64,000 nucleotides of DNA from Botryllus schlosseri (taxonomy: Eukaryota): NCBI GenBank assembly GCA_051294905.1, contig CM119371.1, forward strand, positions 18,106,001 to 18,170,000. The letters are read 5' to 3'. Shown here one piece after another: positions 27,073-39,760 of this stretch (position 1 is its first letter; the number at the start of each line of letters is the position of its first letter). Made by a program: the position numbers and the translations under genes. The notes beneath the pieces were generated by a model that saw only the letters and a program-made list of their open reading frames with translations, searched no databases and was not told the origin of the DNA.

Positions 27073-27400
27073 GTCAATTTCCAAGTTTTTGCGAATTCAG
27101 TAATTCTAATTCCAATCTAATTTGGAAGAAACTGCGTATCTCTAATTCTAATACTATTCTAATTTGGAAATAACTTTATAACTCTAATTCTAATCTAATT
27201 TTGAAAAAGCTGTGTAGCTGTAATTCTAATTCTAATGTAATTTGGAAAAAACTGTATAGCTCCAATTCTAATGTAATTTGGAAAAAGCTGTGTAGCTCCA
27301 ATTCCAGTTCTAATGTAATTTGGAAAATACCTGTATAGCTCTGATTCCAATCTAATTTGGAAAAAGCTGTGTAGCTCTAATCCTAATTCTAATATAATTA
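27073..27400 (-). repeat. Reverse-orientation array of the same ~40-bp minisatellite family
   Basis: Units ctaatttggaaaaagctgtgtagct. Shares the unique flank (aaaacttggaaattgactg on minus) with 3602-3666. Confidence 0.8.
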
Positions 27401-29638
27401 TGAAGGGCTGAAAATTTTCTAATTGTTAAAGTCTGCAAATAAGCCAGAGTATCCCAATCCTTACAGGCAATGCTATAATTAGTTACATCGTCACATGTGT
27501 TTTTATTGAGCTTTTGAACTAATTGAAGTAGAGCGCTTTTCATTCGTTTAAGCCTGTCCATATATGCCATATTTTTAATATTTCTACAGTTTTTTACGTT
27601 CCAGAATGATTCGCAACACACCTGAGCATCTGTGACGGTACACATAGCTTGGGAATCACTGCATATAAAATGTAGGTTTATGCGAAAAGCAAATACACCA
27701 ACATAGTTGCTTGTAAAACAGCTCCGAAATCCAATCTACATCTGTTATTGATACCGATGCTATTGCCGACCGATGGTATTATAAAACATTTTGCGCAAAA
27801 ATCTTTCTGATAGCTAATATTCTAAAGAAGGAAACAGGTTATAACTTGGCCCTACCGTCTGTGCTAATGGGATTCGAACCTGGTTGCGTTTCTAGTTAAA
27901 CGTATCATATCAACATCGTGCACTTACGCTTTATGTGGAAAGGAATCATGGCCACGCTTTGGTTTATATTTAACCCGACGCTCGAGACTCGCAGACCGTG
28001 TTGGGTTAAAAAAAATCGTGAACTTTTTTTACTGTTATGACGCACCTTCTATTGTGGTATTCACACGAAAACCAGAAATTAGATTAGGATTAGAATTAAA
28101 TTTGGAGCAAAGAATAACGTCAAAAATTAGAATATCGGCATTTCGGTCTAATTGGTCTTTCTAATTAAGACAACTAAAAGTCTGCATCGGAGGAGCAAAA
28201 GAAATTGATCATTTTGCAAAAGCATCGTTGTGTTTCAAACAACTAAATCACAATTCTATATCATTATTCGATTCGGATTCTTTATTTGGATTATGCAAAA
28301 GTCAAGACCGGTACGCAACGTTTCCCTCGTGTCCGAAAACTGGTATCAGCAGACAGCTAGGATTGCCTCTCATTAGCGCTTGAGTGTCGCGTCGCAAAAA
28401 CTACGTCAAGTGACAGTACGAAATGATGGGTTTGAAAAATGTAGGCCCTGTCAATGAAGTACTTTCCGAAAGCAGATTTAGCCGAGGAGTCGTGTGATTT
28501 TGACAATTAATCGCAGATAGCTATTTTTCGTAAGTGCCAGATGTACATTCGCAGTGAGTAGGCGTAATTGTGACATCGACGGTCAGCTACTTAGGCGCAG
28601 TGGCGTAGCAGCCACATGTCGGCTATGGCTCTGCGCCAGCGGCGACAGGCTGCAAGGGGGTGAAAAAATGAGACTGCGCAGTGCGCACATCATTGAGAGA
28701 TGGCCAATCACGGTCAACACTTTTTAAAGGTTGGCTTTTTTGAGATATATGTGGAAATTGATAGGGATGGTGTGAACCCCAGAAAGGTTCTGGTTTGTGT
28801 GAAAGCGAACCTTTTTGAAAGGTTCTGTGTGAAGGCGAACGAAGAACGTGAACGTATGACGTCACCCGAAGTCACATCCTCAATTCTAACCCTACATTTC
28901 CTACAAGTTATTAATGTACATGATAACTAGTGACGACTCGGGCTACATTATGTCACAATGCCGAATTACATGCTGACTTTTTAACCTTCACCTAATGTAT
29001 CCACTGGAACAATTAAATGCTATAATAATTCCACAAAATCAATATCTTCCGTCGCTTTGCCAACAATTTCAAAGAAGATTCGACTGGACCGGAAGGATGA
29101 ATTCTTACGAGTGAAACACCAGTTTCTATACTTGCGCCAGATATTATTTCAAAAACAAGTTATACAGTAGCCAACACCCGAATCGGGTATCCAATAAGGA
29201 TAGTAAATGAAGATAGATCCCGTACGCTTGATCAATTTTTTACATTACGCATCGATGTATCAATTTCGTTCATTTAAATATAATTGATTGGTTGACTATA
29301 AGCACAATTCGCTGACTACCTACATGTCGTGTGTTTCGTTTTGCTATTGTGTGATTGCGGGCAAAGCTCACATCAGAGAGTCGCAGAAGATTCACTCACA
29401 GAAAGCTGAATATTTCAAGCAAACTTTCGAGAAAATAATATTTGAAATAGGCAAGGTGCATACTCGTTTAGCGCAGAGTTTCTTTGCATGCTACCAGGAC
29501 CTTATGGAGAGTGACCCAAAGTTGAGAAGCAAAGAATTTCAATCAAATACACGTTATAATGACGTGAAAAATGGTAATATATTGAAAAGGTTCACAGCTC
29601 AACTACCAAGGATCGTTTGTGAACGCGAACCTATTCAT

Positions 29639-31224
29639 CAGGGATCGGCAACCTTTTGCTAGTCGCGGGCCAAATTTCGGGTGTACAGCTTTTTGGCGGG
29701 CCGCAAGTTTTCTTAGTACTATATTTTACGCTCACTTCGGTATATTATCCTACATTACTGCAATCTCAATCATACCAATCAGAAGACACACCTATTTACA
29801 CTTCAACAACACAGAATAATTGTGACAGTTGACGCAGCTTGCTTTGTGAAAGGTTTTCAACTTCTGGTAACAAGTCAGATGAAACAAGAATCAGACCCTA
29901 TTCAAAATGGACGTCCGAAATACGTGATCTTAGCTTGCTCTTCGTGAATTTCATTGTTCAAAACTATTGTCCACATGCGTACGTGCTTCCAAAAATCGAT
30001 GTAATTTCTTTTGCATTGCTGGTCAAGCTAGGATAAAGACCAATTTCAAGAACGTACTCTTTGTCAAAGTCATGCAGCGATATGCTCTTTGTATGAAATT
30101 TGTCATTCAATTCAACTGCACCGCATTTCAGAAAGGCCCATTTGAAATTTTCAGGCAATGGTATTGGCGTCCACATTAAACAGAGTACTGAATAGTCAGA
30201 ATTCATTTTGTAGAGAAGGAATGTCGGAAAAGCGGGTGAATATTCAGTAGTTAAATTTCGTATCACAGTTACAAATGTAGAGTTGGTACTAGGTTTTCTC
30301 TCCTCCAATATAGGAAAGTGAGCATAATTTTCTTTGTACTGTTGAAATTTCCAGAGTCACAGATTTGTTTTGAATGCGCCTCAACACCTCATGTATTTAG
30401 TTGTTTTCCCCCTAAAATTGCAAATTCAATTTTTTCAGATGTGACGTTAAATGTACCAGGAAAGATGAGATACCCATTTTCGATTACAAGGTTATGAGTC
30501 GGCGATATTTGTGTTTTCGAGGAAAGTTGCTATTTCATTTCTCAGTTCATACACTCGTGTAAGGATAGCTGCTCGACTTAATGAGCGAACATGACAGATA
30601 TAGGCCTACATGACATCGCCATATTGATTCTCTGCTTCTAGTAATATCTGGCGTAACTGATTCAGTAAATGAGACAAAAATCATTTTAACAGTTTTCACC
30701 ATTGTGGCCAAAACACTATTCAGGTTTTTTTGTCTTGGCACACAATGCCTTCTGGAAAATGAAATTATAGATAGGCTAACTAACATACGGAGGCTAGTTA
30801 TCTATAATTGAACAGTTTGAGATTCCGTCATTGCGTCTGAGATGTTCCAAGCGTTTTTGAAGCAAAGGAAGAACACCTTTATTGTTACACCCCGTTAGAG
30901 TGGTAAACCCATTAAAAAGTATGGAACACCTTCGGTTGCGAGATACACCCGATTGATAAGCACTGATCCAGTCTAGTCTATCTCCATCTCCTACTCCTAC
31001 TTCAACCACCTTCACTTTATGGCGTAACAATAAACTAATACAATGTAGGCTACTATTATATCGTAGCAATGCCGCATTTTTTCATGCAGCGCTGCACTGT
31101 AGATTGAAACTCATTATGAAACGGCGGGCCGTATTCTTGTGATAACTAATTATTATGTCGCGGGCCGGACGATTTCGCTTGGCGGGCCGGAACCGGCCCG
31201 CGGGCCGTAGGTTGCCGACCCTTG
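29639..31224 (-). mobile_element. Second, inverted copy of the 21459-23043 hAT element
   Basis: Full-length reverse-complement match. TSD ctattcat/ctataaat. Dimerisation-domain remnant IFGSTYACGQ. Confidence 0.92.
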
Positions 31225-31606
31225 CTATAAATAAAGGTGGTTTCGGCTTAATCTGGCCAAATATATGCAAGTGCTGGAAATGCACGTTGGCCTAATACTT
31301 TTCAATGATGCATAAAAATGGCATCGCCTTATTTTGCTTGCTTCATATAGGAGATTTTTCCTCTAGCGTCACGCGAGCGCCTGTATTACAGTTTTGTGCT
31401 TCAGTTTCAATTCAGTTTGTTATTCGATTTCATATTCTGCTGCGACGCCAACAGGCGAAAGCATGAGCTAAAGTCGTTTCCGTGTCACCGTCATGAATGC
31501 TATACGGTCATATTTCCATTAGGATACGATTCCAAGACATACACGACGTACAATGCGATAAGACACAATGCGATATTATGAACAGATAGGAGGATGCCGA
31601 ACGACC

Positions 31607-31871
31607 AGTTGCAGTTGCAGTTGCGGTTGCAGTTGCGTTCTCGGCCAAGAGCACGGTGTCACAGTTCTTTCTTCGGTGTTTGTCTCTATCGCTGCTCTTT
31701 ACATTTCTTGTAAGTGCGCTCTTCTCTTCCATCAGGTCTTTTACAGGTCTTTTTCTGTCGCCGTAGAAACAGCGATGCGGGGAAGAGGAACCCGAAATAA
31801 CCTCCGTCGTGGAATCGAACCCGGGCTGCTCGGGTGGCAGGTGCTCATCGCCACCACTGCGCTATCTCCCT
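31607..31871 (-). mobile_element. tRNA(Asp/Gly)-like pseudogene or SINE head with body and (gcaact)n tail
   Basis: Minus strand has A box tagcgcagtgg, loop cctgccac and B box ggttcgattcc. The acceptor stem does not pair. Ends in gcaact repeats at 31607-31636. Confidence 0.6.
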
Positions 31872-31964
31872 TAGGGCAATGTGAAGAGCGGTAAGCTCAA
31901 CAGATAAATAACTTGCTTTTGCAACTTTACACAGCAAGCGATCTTTCTCGCTCTCACATCAGCT

Positions 31965-32020
31965 TTCCAGTCGGTCTATGGGTCAAGATCCCTGGCTTTC
32001 ACCCAGGTGACCGAGGTTCG
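31965..32020 (+). tRNA. tRNA-Glu(TTC), 5' 56 nt of an interrupted gene
   Basis: ttccagt acceptor strand, D arm gtct/agat, perfect anticodon stem cctgg/ccagg around ct-TTC-ac. Breaks off at ggttcg. Confidence 0.85.
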
Positions 32021-32086
32021 GGCTACAACAACTATAAGCCGTCTTGAGAAACCGATTGAAATCTGGCACCCTAAGAAGCGATATAT

Positions 32087-35000
32087 GGGCCGTATGCACC
32101 AACATGTTTTGAACCCAAACTGGAGCTCAAACAGGGGTTCAGGAGATATTTCCAAAGCACCAACACCGAAACGTCAATGATCTAGCGTTCACTCGCGCCG
32201 AATTTGATCGAAAAGTAAACAACCGCGGGAGGTTGTTTAAAATGTAGTTCAGTGCTTTGGCATGGTTGTCGCTGATTGTGGTCTCCTGTTTCTCGCGACT
32301 GGTTGACTGTAAATTGGTTCATGTTGAAGACGTAGGTGCACAATTTGCTATCTTTCCGTAAATTAGCAGACTTTCTAAGCTGTAGGAATAGATTTTAGAT
32401 GTTTCCGAACCCAGTTTCACCAATGTGAGGCCGAATGGCTTACAGTTTACTGTTAGTTGATCGGTATACCGGTATTAGCGAGTATAGTGGTGAGCCAGGA
32501 AATCCATATGACTGCCTCAAGGTACCGGTAATGAAGATGCAATATTCTTGTCTTGCGCCTTGTAGGTTTGAATGAAAGACCTTCGGGTCAAAAATGAATG
32601 AAAATTATGACCAAGTCTGACGTCTGTATACAGTGTACAGTTTTTGAAGTACCCTGCGGGGTGCAATTGATGAGGCGTGTTCCCTATAAAGTTTGATATA
32701 TTTCACCATCATTGAAGCTATGCCAGTACAGCCGATATTACAGTAGATTGTCCTCATAGCCCAAATGACCGGGTTGGAATCCCGGTACGTTTAGCGTAAT
32801 ATATTTGGTGTACCACGACGGTTTTCAGCGTCACACCTGTGTATATTAGTAGAATCTTTGATGTGCACGAGACACCGATTCCATATTGGCGAAATGGAAA
32901 GCACGTAGCTGCCGGCTGCCAATGTCACGGCATGTCATGAATTGCTGAATCCTCTTTTATGTAACTGTTCCAAGTTTAGTATGAAGTATGAGTACGGAAT
33001 TTAGTAAAATGGACCCAAAACAAAACTGAAAGTTGATTTGCTTGCCAATGATGTAGGTTGTCGATTGAGTTATGGGAGCAGAAGCTGTATGGATTTGTAC
33101 CAGACGTCAGGAATCGTGGTCCTGTGATTTGCGCTCGCGGTCGACTGTAGATAGGTTGAGTTTGGAGCCGCATGTCTTGCAAATCTCTATATTATAGTAA
33201 TTTTACAGGTTTTAGGTTACTTGAGTGAAATATATACACGTCCTAACAACGATAAAGCGTTTCACTAATCTGGAGATTCTCGGATTAGGTCACAGTCAAT
33301 GAGAACCGGCATCATCAAGTGATGTCGGCCAAGAGACCATCCTAAAAAATGTGCATAATATGCAATAATATTATGTTGGAAGAAGACACATATACATATA
33401 CAAAAGAATCACCATGAAACTGAAGGTTATCGATTCCGATTTTGATGTACTTCGCAAAGAAGAGGGGACTAACTCTGGCTCGTATATCAATCGCTAGAGA
33501 TTTTGGCTGAATATCATTACAAAGTTATCTGTCTGAGTCAAATTCCCCAAAAAGTCAATGACTGCAAGAGTACTCTAGTGATAGGACCGAGAAATCAAAA
33601 AACCAGTCATGGAAATGTGCATAATATGACTGCTTTGGAATTGAATCATGTTGGGGGAAGGTAGCCTACATCAACATGGACCACATTCATCTCGATTTCT
33701 ACAATATCATCAACATGTAACTGAAGGTCATTCATTCTGATATTGATTTACTGCTCATGCTCAAAGAGGTGACAAACTGCCCTGGGTCGCACGTCAATTG
33801 CTAGAGATTTGGGCTGAATATCATTACAAAGTTTGCTGTCTGTGCCAAATTCCCCAAAAAGTCAATGACTACAAGAATACTCGAGTGGTAGGACCGTGAA
33901 ATCAAGAAACCAGTCATGGAAATGTGCAAATATGACCGATTTGGAATTGTACCATGTTGGGGGAATGTTGCCTACATCAACATGGACCACATTCATCTCA
34001 ATTTCTACAATAGCATCAACATGCAACTGAAGGTTGTCCATTCTGATATTGATGTAGCCTACTGTGCCTGTGTGATGATGGGACTAACTACCTTGGTCCG
34101 AAAGTCAATTGCTTTATATTTTGACTGACCGTCATTCCGAAGTTTGATGCTTGAGTCAACTCGCCAAAAATATGAATATACCACCAATCGAAATATAGTG
34201 AATGATTAGATCGACTCTGAAAAATGCTTCGGTTGGCACTATGATAAGGGATGTACAAATCTTACATATTCTATAACAAATAATCTTTTATCTCAAGCAA
34301 GGTGCTTACAATAATGCTTGAAAGTATGAATAGCATGGTATTTTATCTTGTCTAGAGCAGAAAATGTTAGGTGTGCACACTGTGCAGTACTCATGATTGA
34401 ATGAAAAGGTTTTTACTTGGATGAGTTTGTATTTGTAGACTATTTTCATTTCATGTGTTTGGCTATCATGATAATTTATTGTGCGATGATGAAGACCAGA
34501 CCCTGGAGATTCCTATTTACTTGACAAAAATGCAAATTGAAGGATTTCAGTTCTTTTCAAACTGTTCAAGTATACAACATGATCATGAACAATGAAATAA
34601 GTCTGTCGATTTGTGTTACTTTATCAGTTGAGAATGTTGAATATATGCTGTGCAGATATGGTAGTTGGATGTGATTGTCGGGCTATTGAGAGAACACAGT
34701 AATGGTGGAATCTCGGCAAGTTTTGCGCAATTGATTAGGGGAGCACTGATGATTCTCAAGGTGACAGTAAGGTACTCCCAAGAAATTAAGGAAGCACAGG
34801 ACACTCATTCCGTTCGGGTTAGATTCGAATGTGGGTAAAACAACTGTTTTACCCACATTAGAATCTAACCCGAAGGTGATATTCCACACTGTGAACACAC
34901 AGAACAAGTTGTGCAGGGTGAGGACAGTGGGTGAAAAGAGCCATTGGCCCTCGATTTTTACAGACAGTGTGGTGTCAAATATATATTCATAAGCCAGGAT

Positions 35001-35444
35001 ATTGTAAATTTTCGCCATGTCCTTCAATTTACCTCCTGGCAGGGCATCGCCAGTAAAGCCATGACTAAATTTTGGAACTTTAAAAGCATGATGGCAAAGC
35101 TAGCAATGGTATTTGATTCGAAAATGGTTACAGAAATATAGCCGGAGTTTTGTGAATGTGCTCAGCTGCTCATCATTGAAATGGACATCGCGCTAGCGAC
35201 CGCTGAGTTCCACAAAAACCTTGTTTTGTTTACCATTCGGTCGGCCTTGAGTAGCTTTTCAGGGTGCAAATTGAGCATCTATTTACTGAACGCTAGCTCG
35301 TCTCAATGATCATCAGTTCGTCTGAACGGCGTTTAAATATTGATGGTGCATCGCGAAAAATTTTGAACTGATGTTTCGTTTGAGTTATGTTCGAGCGAAC
35401 AGACGATCAGACTTGAACGTGTTCAATGTTGGTGCATACGGCCC
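32087..35444. mobile_element. PIF/Harbinger-type element, decayed
   Basis: Perfect 19-bp TIR gggccgtatgcaccaacat and 3-bp TSD tat/taa. Faint transposase remnants (GAID near 32660, RSTVDR near 33140). Confidence 0.85.
33350..34170 (+). repeat. Internal ~305-bp tandem duplication (about 2.5 copies) inside the Harbinger element
   Basis: catg.aactgaaggt anchor at ~33414, ~33714 and ~34020. Confidence 0.8.
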
Positions 35445-36939
35445 TAATCTGACAACGAAGGTGAGAGATATAAATTGCAATTTGTATAACAACTTCTTCC
35501 CTCGGCAGTGGCTACTCGTCCGGACCCGGACGAATAATTTTCTCAGGCTATTCGTCCGGCACCGTGTGACGTAGGCCCGTTACTATGGAGACTGTATGCG
35601 TTTTTGACAGGCTTCGGTTTTGTACATTATTTATTCGCCCTTCTGGTTACTGATTTCAATGGTTACTGTTACTGATTTGTATGCTCATCATTATAGCTCC
35701 GAGGGAAAGTTTACGCCATACTAATAATTGCAAATAGCTGTGTTGAAAGTACCAGAACTTGACGCCCACCTTTACCTTTACAAGAGATGTTTACCTACGC
35801 TTAATGTAGTGAGAACAAGTAGGATAGTGATTTGTAAGCTCATAATTGGAGCTCCGAGGGAATGTTTGCGCCATACGAAGAGCTCCAAAGTGCTATCGTT
35901 AAATAACCGGATGCAGTCAGAACACGAACGATTCGCTGAAATTCTTGCTGTCTCCACCTATTTCTGAACTCATGCAAGCGCCATTGACCTAACCAATTGT
36001 ACGTGAACTTGCACAGCTAAGACGGAATTGTCACCTCTGCTGTACTACGAGTACTCATACTTGATGTTGCTGTGCAGTAATGATTGGAATACCAACTGAG
36101 AGAGACTGTGCGTCTTTATTTTCATACAACAGAAATACAGAACAAATGGACAGCAGCAATGATCATACAGAAAACATGTGCATGCACAGTATTTGATGTC
36201 GGATAGAAGAGATCGATACAGCCATGGAAGTCAAGTGGTCTGATAAAACCCGCATGAAACAAGTATGCCTACATTGTCTCTGCATCATCTGACTGTAACA
36301 AATCGTAGTTGAAAAGATGAAGAAAAATTAAATGATAGCAAATGAATGAATGAATGAAGCAATGTCTGGGCAAAGTAGGGCAACAGTGTTAATACGACTA
36401 TCAGAGGTAATCAGGTAGGTCAAGAGTGTTAATAGGACTATCAGAGGTAATTAGGTATGGCAAGAGTGTTATTACGGTGACAAGAGGAAATGAGGTAATT
36501 TTTTTTATAATCTGCCATACAGCAGTTCACAGATGGTAATCCATTCAAAATGATCGGTCAGTCGATAGATCTCTTGGTTAGGTAACTATTAAATGGGCCC
36601 AAGTAGATATTTCCCTTCGATGAGGGTCCTGTATTAAGGGAGTGAACAACTTAAGCAGGTATGAAAAAGTCATCGAACACATACGACAAACTGTTCGAAA
36701 AATATTTGTGTACAACTTCAATGTTTATATGATCATTGGGTGTTAATCTGGTATGCATGCTGGTATTTCCGCACATTCCTTATTGCAGGTGACAGTAAAT
36801 GCTGTGCATACAATTTGCTGCTTTCAAGATATTCAAGCATTGATAGCGTGTTTTCACTGGGAACATCAATCATGAAAACTAAGTAGCCTACTTTCAATGT
36901 CAAAGTTGCCGCTACACATTTTTCTAACAGAGGCATCTG

Positions 36940-37667
36940 TTATTTTTTGCAGCGGCCACAGAACCATTTGTTTTGTTTAGGGTAAGTGTTTAGTCCAGCA
37001 CATAGAAGATGATCCCGGTTGAGACAGGAGTCGCAACGAATTGAATTGCTCTTTGTAAGTTGAAGGTCGCATACTCCACAGTACCAGTCTTTCTGACTAT
37101 ATTTACTTTGGAATGCCTTCATCACAGCAGCCCATCCATCATATGCGAAGTAATTCTTGATGTGGAGTATATTCACAGTCTCATCAAGGCAGCTGTTGGG
37201 GATGAGACGAGTGTCAGACGTGACAGACTTACTGCCCAATTTCTTTCCATACACTGCTTCATTAGTGTCAGATGGTGATACAAACCATGACAGCATCACT
37301 GTGAATAAGGCAGAAGTGAAATTTGCTGAAGTTCTGCATGAAATAAACTTACATCGGTCTCTGTCTTTAGGATGTATTTTTTTAAATGGAACTGGAGTGT
37401 CACATTTCTTCTTCTTCGGAAGGCCAACCACAGTTTGTTCCAAGCCTTTTGGGCGTCCTCTTTTTTTCAGTTTTGATGGCAGATGAATGTTGGAAAGATC
37501 TGAAACAGCAAGATCAGTTTTACTATAGTGTAGCAAGATAAAGTTTGGATTTATTTGACACCAACCCGTGAACTTGTCTGGTGTCATGGTGATTTTGCTA
37601 CAGTCTACGGACACTGCTGGGGTGCTATTTTCTGCATCACAGACTTCGGACACTGCTATAGCGCAAT
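36940..37667 (-). pseudogene. MULE transposase C-terminal exons with AT-hook and PHD finger
   Basis: KKRGRPKG and CGVC..CDSC..H..C..WFCGRC. Acceptor ccttcag at 37668. A 54-nt in-frame GT-AG intron lies at 37299-37352, and a probable 75-nt upstream exon at 37995-38069. Confidence 0.75.
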
Positions 37668-38317
37668 CTGAAGGTAAACAAACATGCAAACATCATGAAA
37701 TTGCAACATACATCTAAATCCAGTGAGTATAGTGACCTGGTCTGTGATTTAAGATAATTTCTTTATTGTAATCAAATTGCAACAAATATAGAGTTTATTG
37801 ATACTGATATTTTGTGAAAGCAGTCCTAATAACATGATGTCTGGTAGCTTAATTAACCTGAGATGTTGCTTGTGAATAGTGTATGTATGGTTGATTGATT
37901 GAATGAATGACTGATAGGCCTACATTACTTGGTGATGCAGTGTTGTCTGCAACTAATAGACTAGAATAACATTTCAAGTAAAATGCTAACTAACCTGATG
38001 TCTCAACAATCACCACCGTCTTTTCCTTCGCAGAGGCATGAGATCCATCTTTGTTCGAATCAACACAACCTACCAGAAACGGAGAGGATACCGAAATAAA
38101 TACGTGATACGTTACCCTGTATTTCAAGCGTAATGCACAGCATGTGTGGCAGTGCTGCTACTCGTAGTCCAGTAGCGAGCTAAAAAGGGGGCACTTCTTC
38201 GTTATTCTCCACACATCAGGAAGTGGTCTCCATGAAACCAATGCTTCCTATGAACATGTGAGAATTTATAAACGTTAAAATAAATTGATTTTCGCGTTGG
38301 GGTGGGGGATATTAGGG

Positions 38318-39360
38318 TCGGGTGGGTTAGGATTGGGGTGGCGGGATTGTGGTTGCATGTGTGGGGTTAGGATTGGGGGGTCAGCACGCGTGGGTTAGGA
38401 TTAGGGTGTCGTAAGATGAGGTTGCATGTGTGGGGTTGCGTATGCGTAAAATGGGGTTACAGTTGCATGTGTGGGGGTTGCGTATGCGGGGTTAGGATAG
38501 GGGTGGCACGGTTGCACGTGTGGGGTTGCGTATGCGTAAAATGAGGTGGTGGGGTTACAGTTGCATGTGTGGGGTTTGCATGTGTTGGGTTGCGTATGCG
38601 GGGTTAGGATAGGGGTGGCAGGGTTGCGGTTGCATGTGTGGGGTTAGAAGGGTGTCGTAAGATGAGGTTGCATGTGTGGGGTTAGGATTAGGGTGTCGTA
38701 AGATGAGGTGGTGGGGTTGCAGTTGCATGTGTGGGGTGGTGGGGGTGTGGTTGCAGTTGCGTGTGCGGGGTTGCGTATGCGTAAAATGAGGTGGTGGGGT
38801 TACAGTTGCATGTGTGGGGTTTGCATGTGTTGGGTTGCGTATGCGGGGTTAGGATAGGGGTGGCAGGGTTGCGGTTGCATGTGTGGGGTTAGAAGGGTGT
38901 CGTAGATGGGGTTAGGATTAGGGTGGGGGTGTGGTTGCAGTTGCGTGTGCGGGGTTAGGATAGCGGTTGCGGTTGCATGTGTGGGGTTAGGGATTGGGGT
39001 GTCAGCACGTGTGGGTTAGGATTAGGGTGTCGTAAGATGAGGTGGTGGGGTGTGCGGGGTTGCGTATGCGTAAAATGAGGTGGTGGGGTTACAGTTGCAT
39101 GTGTTGGGTTGCGTATGCGGGGTTAGGATAGGGGTGGCAGGGTTGCGGTTGCATGTGTGGGGTTAGAAGGGTGTCGTAAGATGAGGTTGCATGTGTGGGG
39201 TTAGGATTAGGGTGGGGGTGTGGTTGCAGTTGCGTGGTTAGGATAGGGGTTGCGGTTGCATGTGTGGGGTTAGGGATTGGGGTGTCAGCACGTGTGGGTT
39301 AGGATTAGGGTGTCGTAAGATGAGGTGGTGGGGTGTCATAGGAATGGGTTGGGGTTTAGG
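38318..39360 (+). repeat. G/T-rich complex tandem array with telomere-like GGGTTAGGATTAGGG variants
   Basis: Shuffled modules ggttgcatgtgtggggttag, ggttgcgtatgcg and gtgtcgtaagatgagg, with extreme G skew. Confidence 0.9.
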
Positions 39361-39478
39361 CTGAGGCTAATTTAACCCTAATTTCACGATACCAAGACTA
39401 CAAAATGCTCATGGGGAACATTGCTTGTTCATGTGGTTGTGGACCCGGTGGAAATTCCGTATCATACGTAACGCTTAC

Positions 39479-39760
39479 TTACCGTTGGTTAGGTCGTAAA
39501 CCCTTAGATAAGCTCTGAAATCTACGGCCGCCGTGGATGCAGTGAAAAGATATCTGGCCATACTTGAGCGCATCATTGAAATTTCGCTGAGTGGTTCGCT
39601 TTCTTACTGCATCGAGCGTACGTGAATCTCTCTTGTAGAGCTGGACGTAATTTTCTTTCTGGTATTTCTCCAAAGCACTTTTTAAGTCTTCATAAGAGGC
39701 GAACCTACTCTCGGAATCCATGCCGCAGTTACGGCCCACAGTTCCGGAAATCGCCGGCAC
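39479..39760 (-). pseudogene. MULE transposase exon 1, FAR1/ZSWIM3-like N-terminal DNA-binding domain
   Basis: FASYEDLKSALEKYQKENYVQLYKRDSRT...FHCIHGG...SKGLRPNQ, ending at donor CG/GTAAGT. Confidence 0.75.

Larger units (their letters stand above)
20190..28060 (+). repeat. Duplicated unit carrying 7TM paralog 2
   Basis: Non-coding homology to 46737-55930 on both sides of the gene, e.g. 20226 vs 47010, 25130 vs 52930, 27650 vs 55425. Confidence 0.85.

Noticed and set aside
27860..28010. tRNA or SINE from a B-box-like ggttcgaatc on the minus strand (paralog near 55740)
   Set aside because: No convincing A box or cloverleaf. The second copy is explained by the segmental duplication.
21459..31224. 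Composite transposon that mobilised the 7TM gene
   Set aside because: Each copy has its own TSD, the outer flanks do not match, both outer ends are the same end, and unit homology continues outside the left copy.
36940..37689. Host PHD-finger gene
   Set aside because: Enclosed by MULE TIRs and a 9-bp TSD, so it is a transposase C-terminus. The supplied ORF start lies in intron sequence.
38318..39360. True telomere or chromosome-fusion scar
   Set aside because: No pure (TTAGGG)n run and no head-to-head arrangement. It lies inside a TIR/TSD-bounded element.
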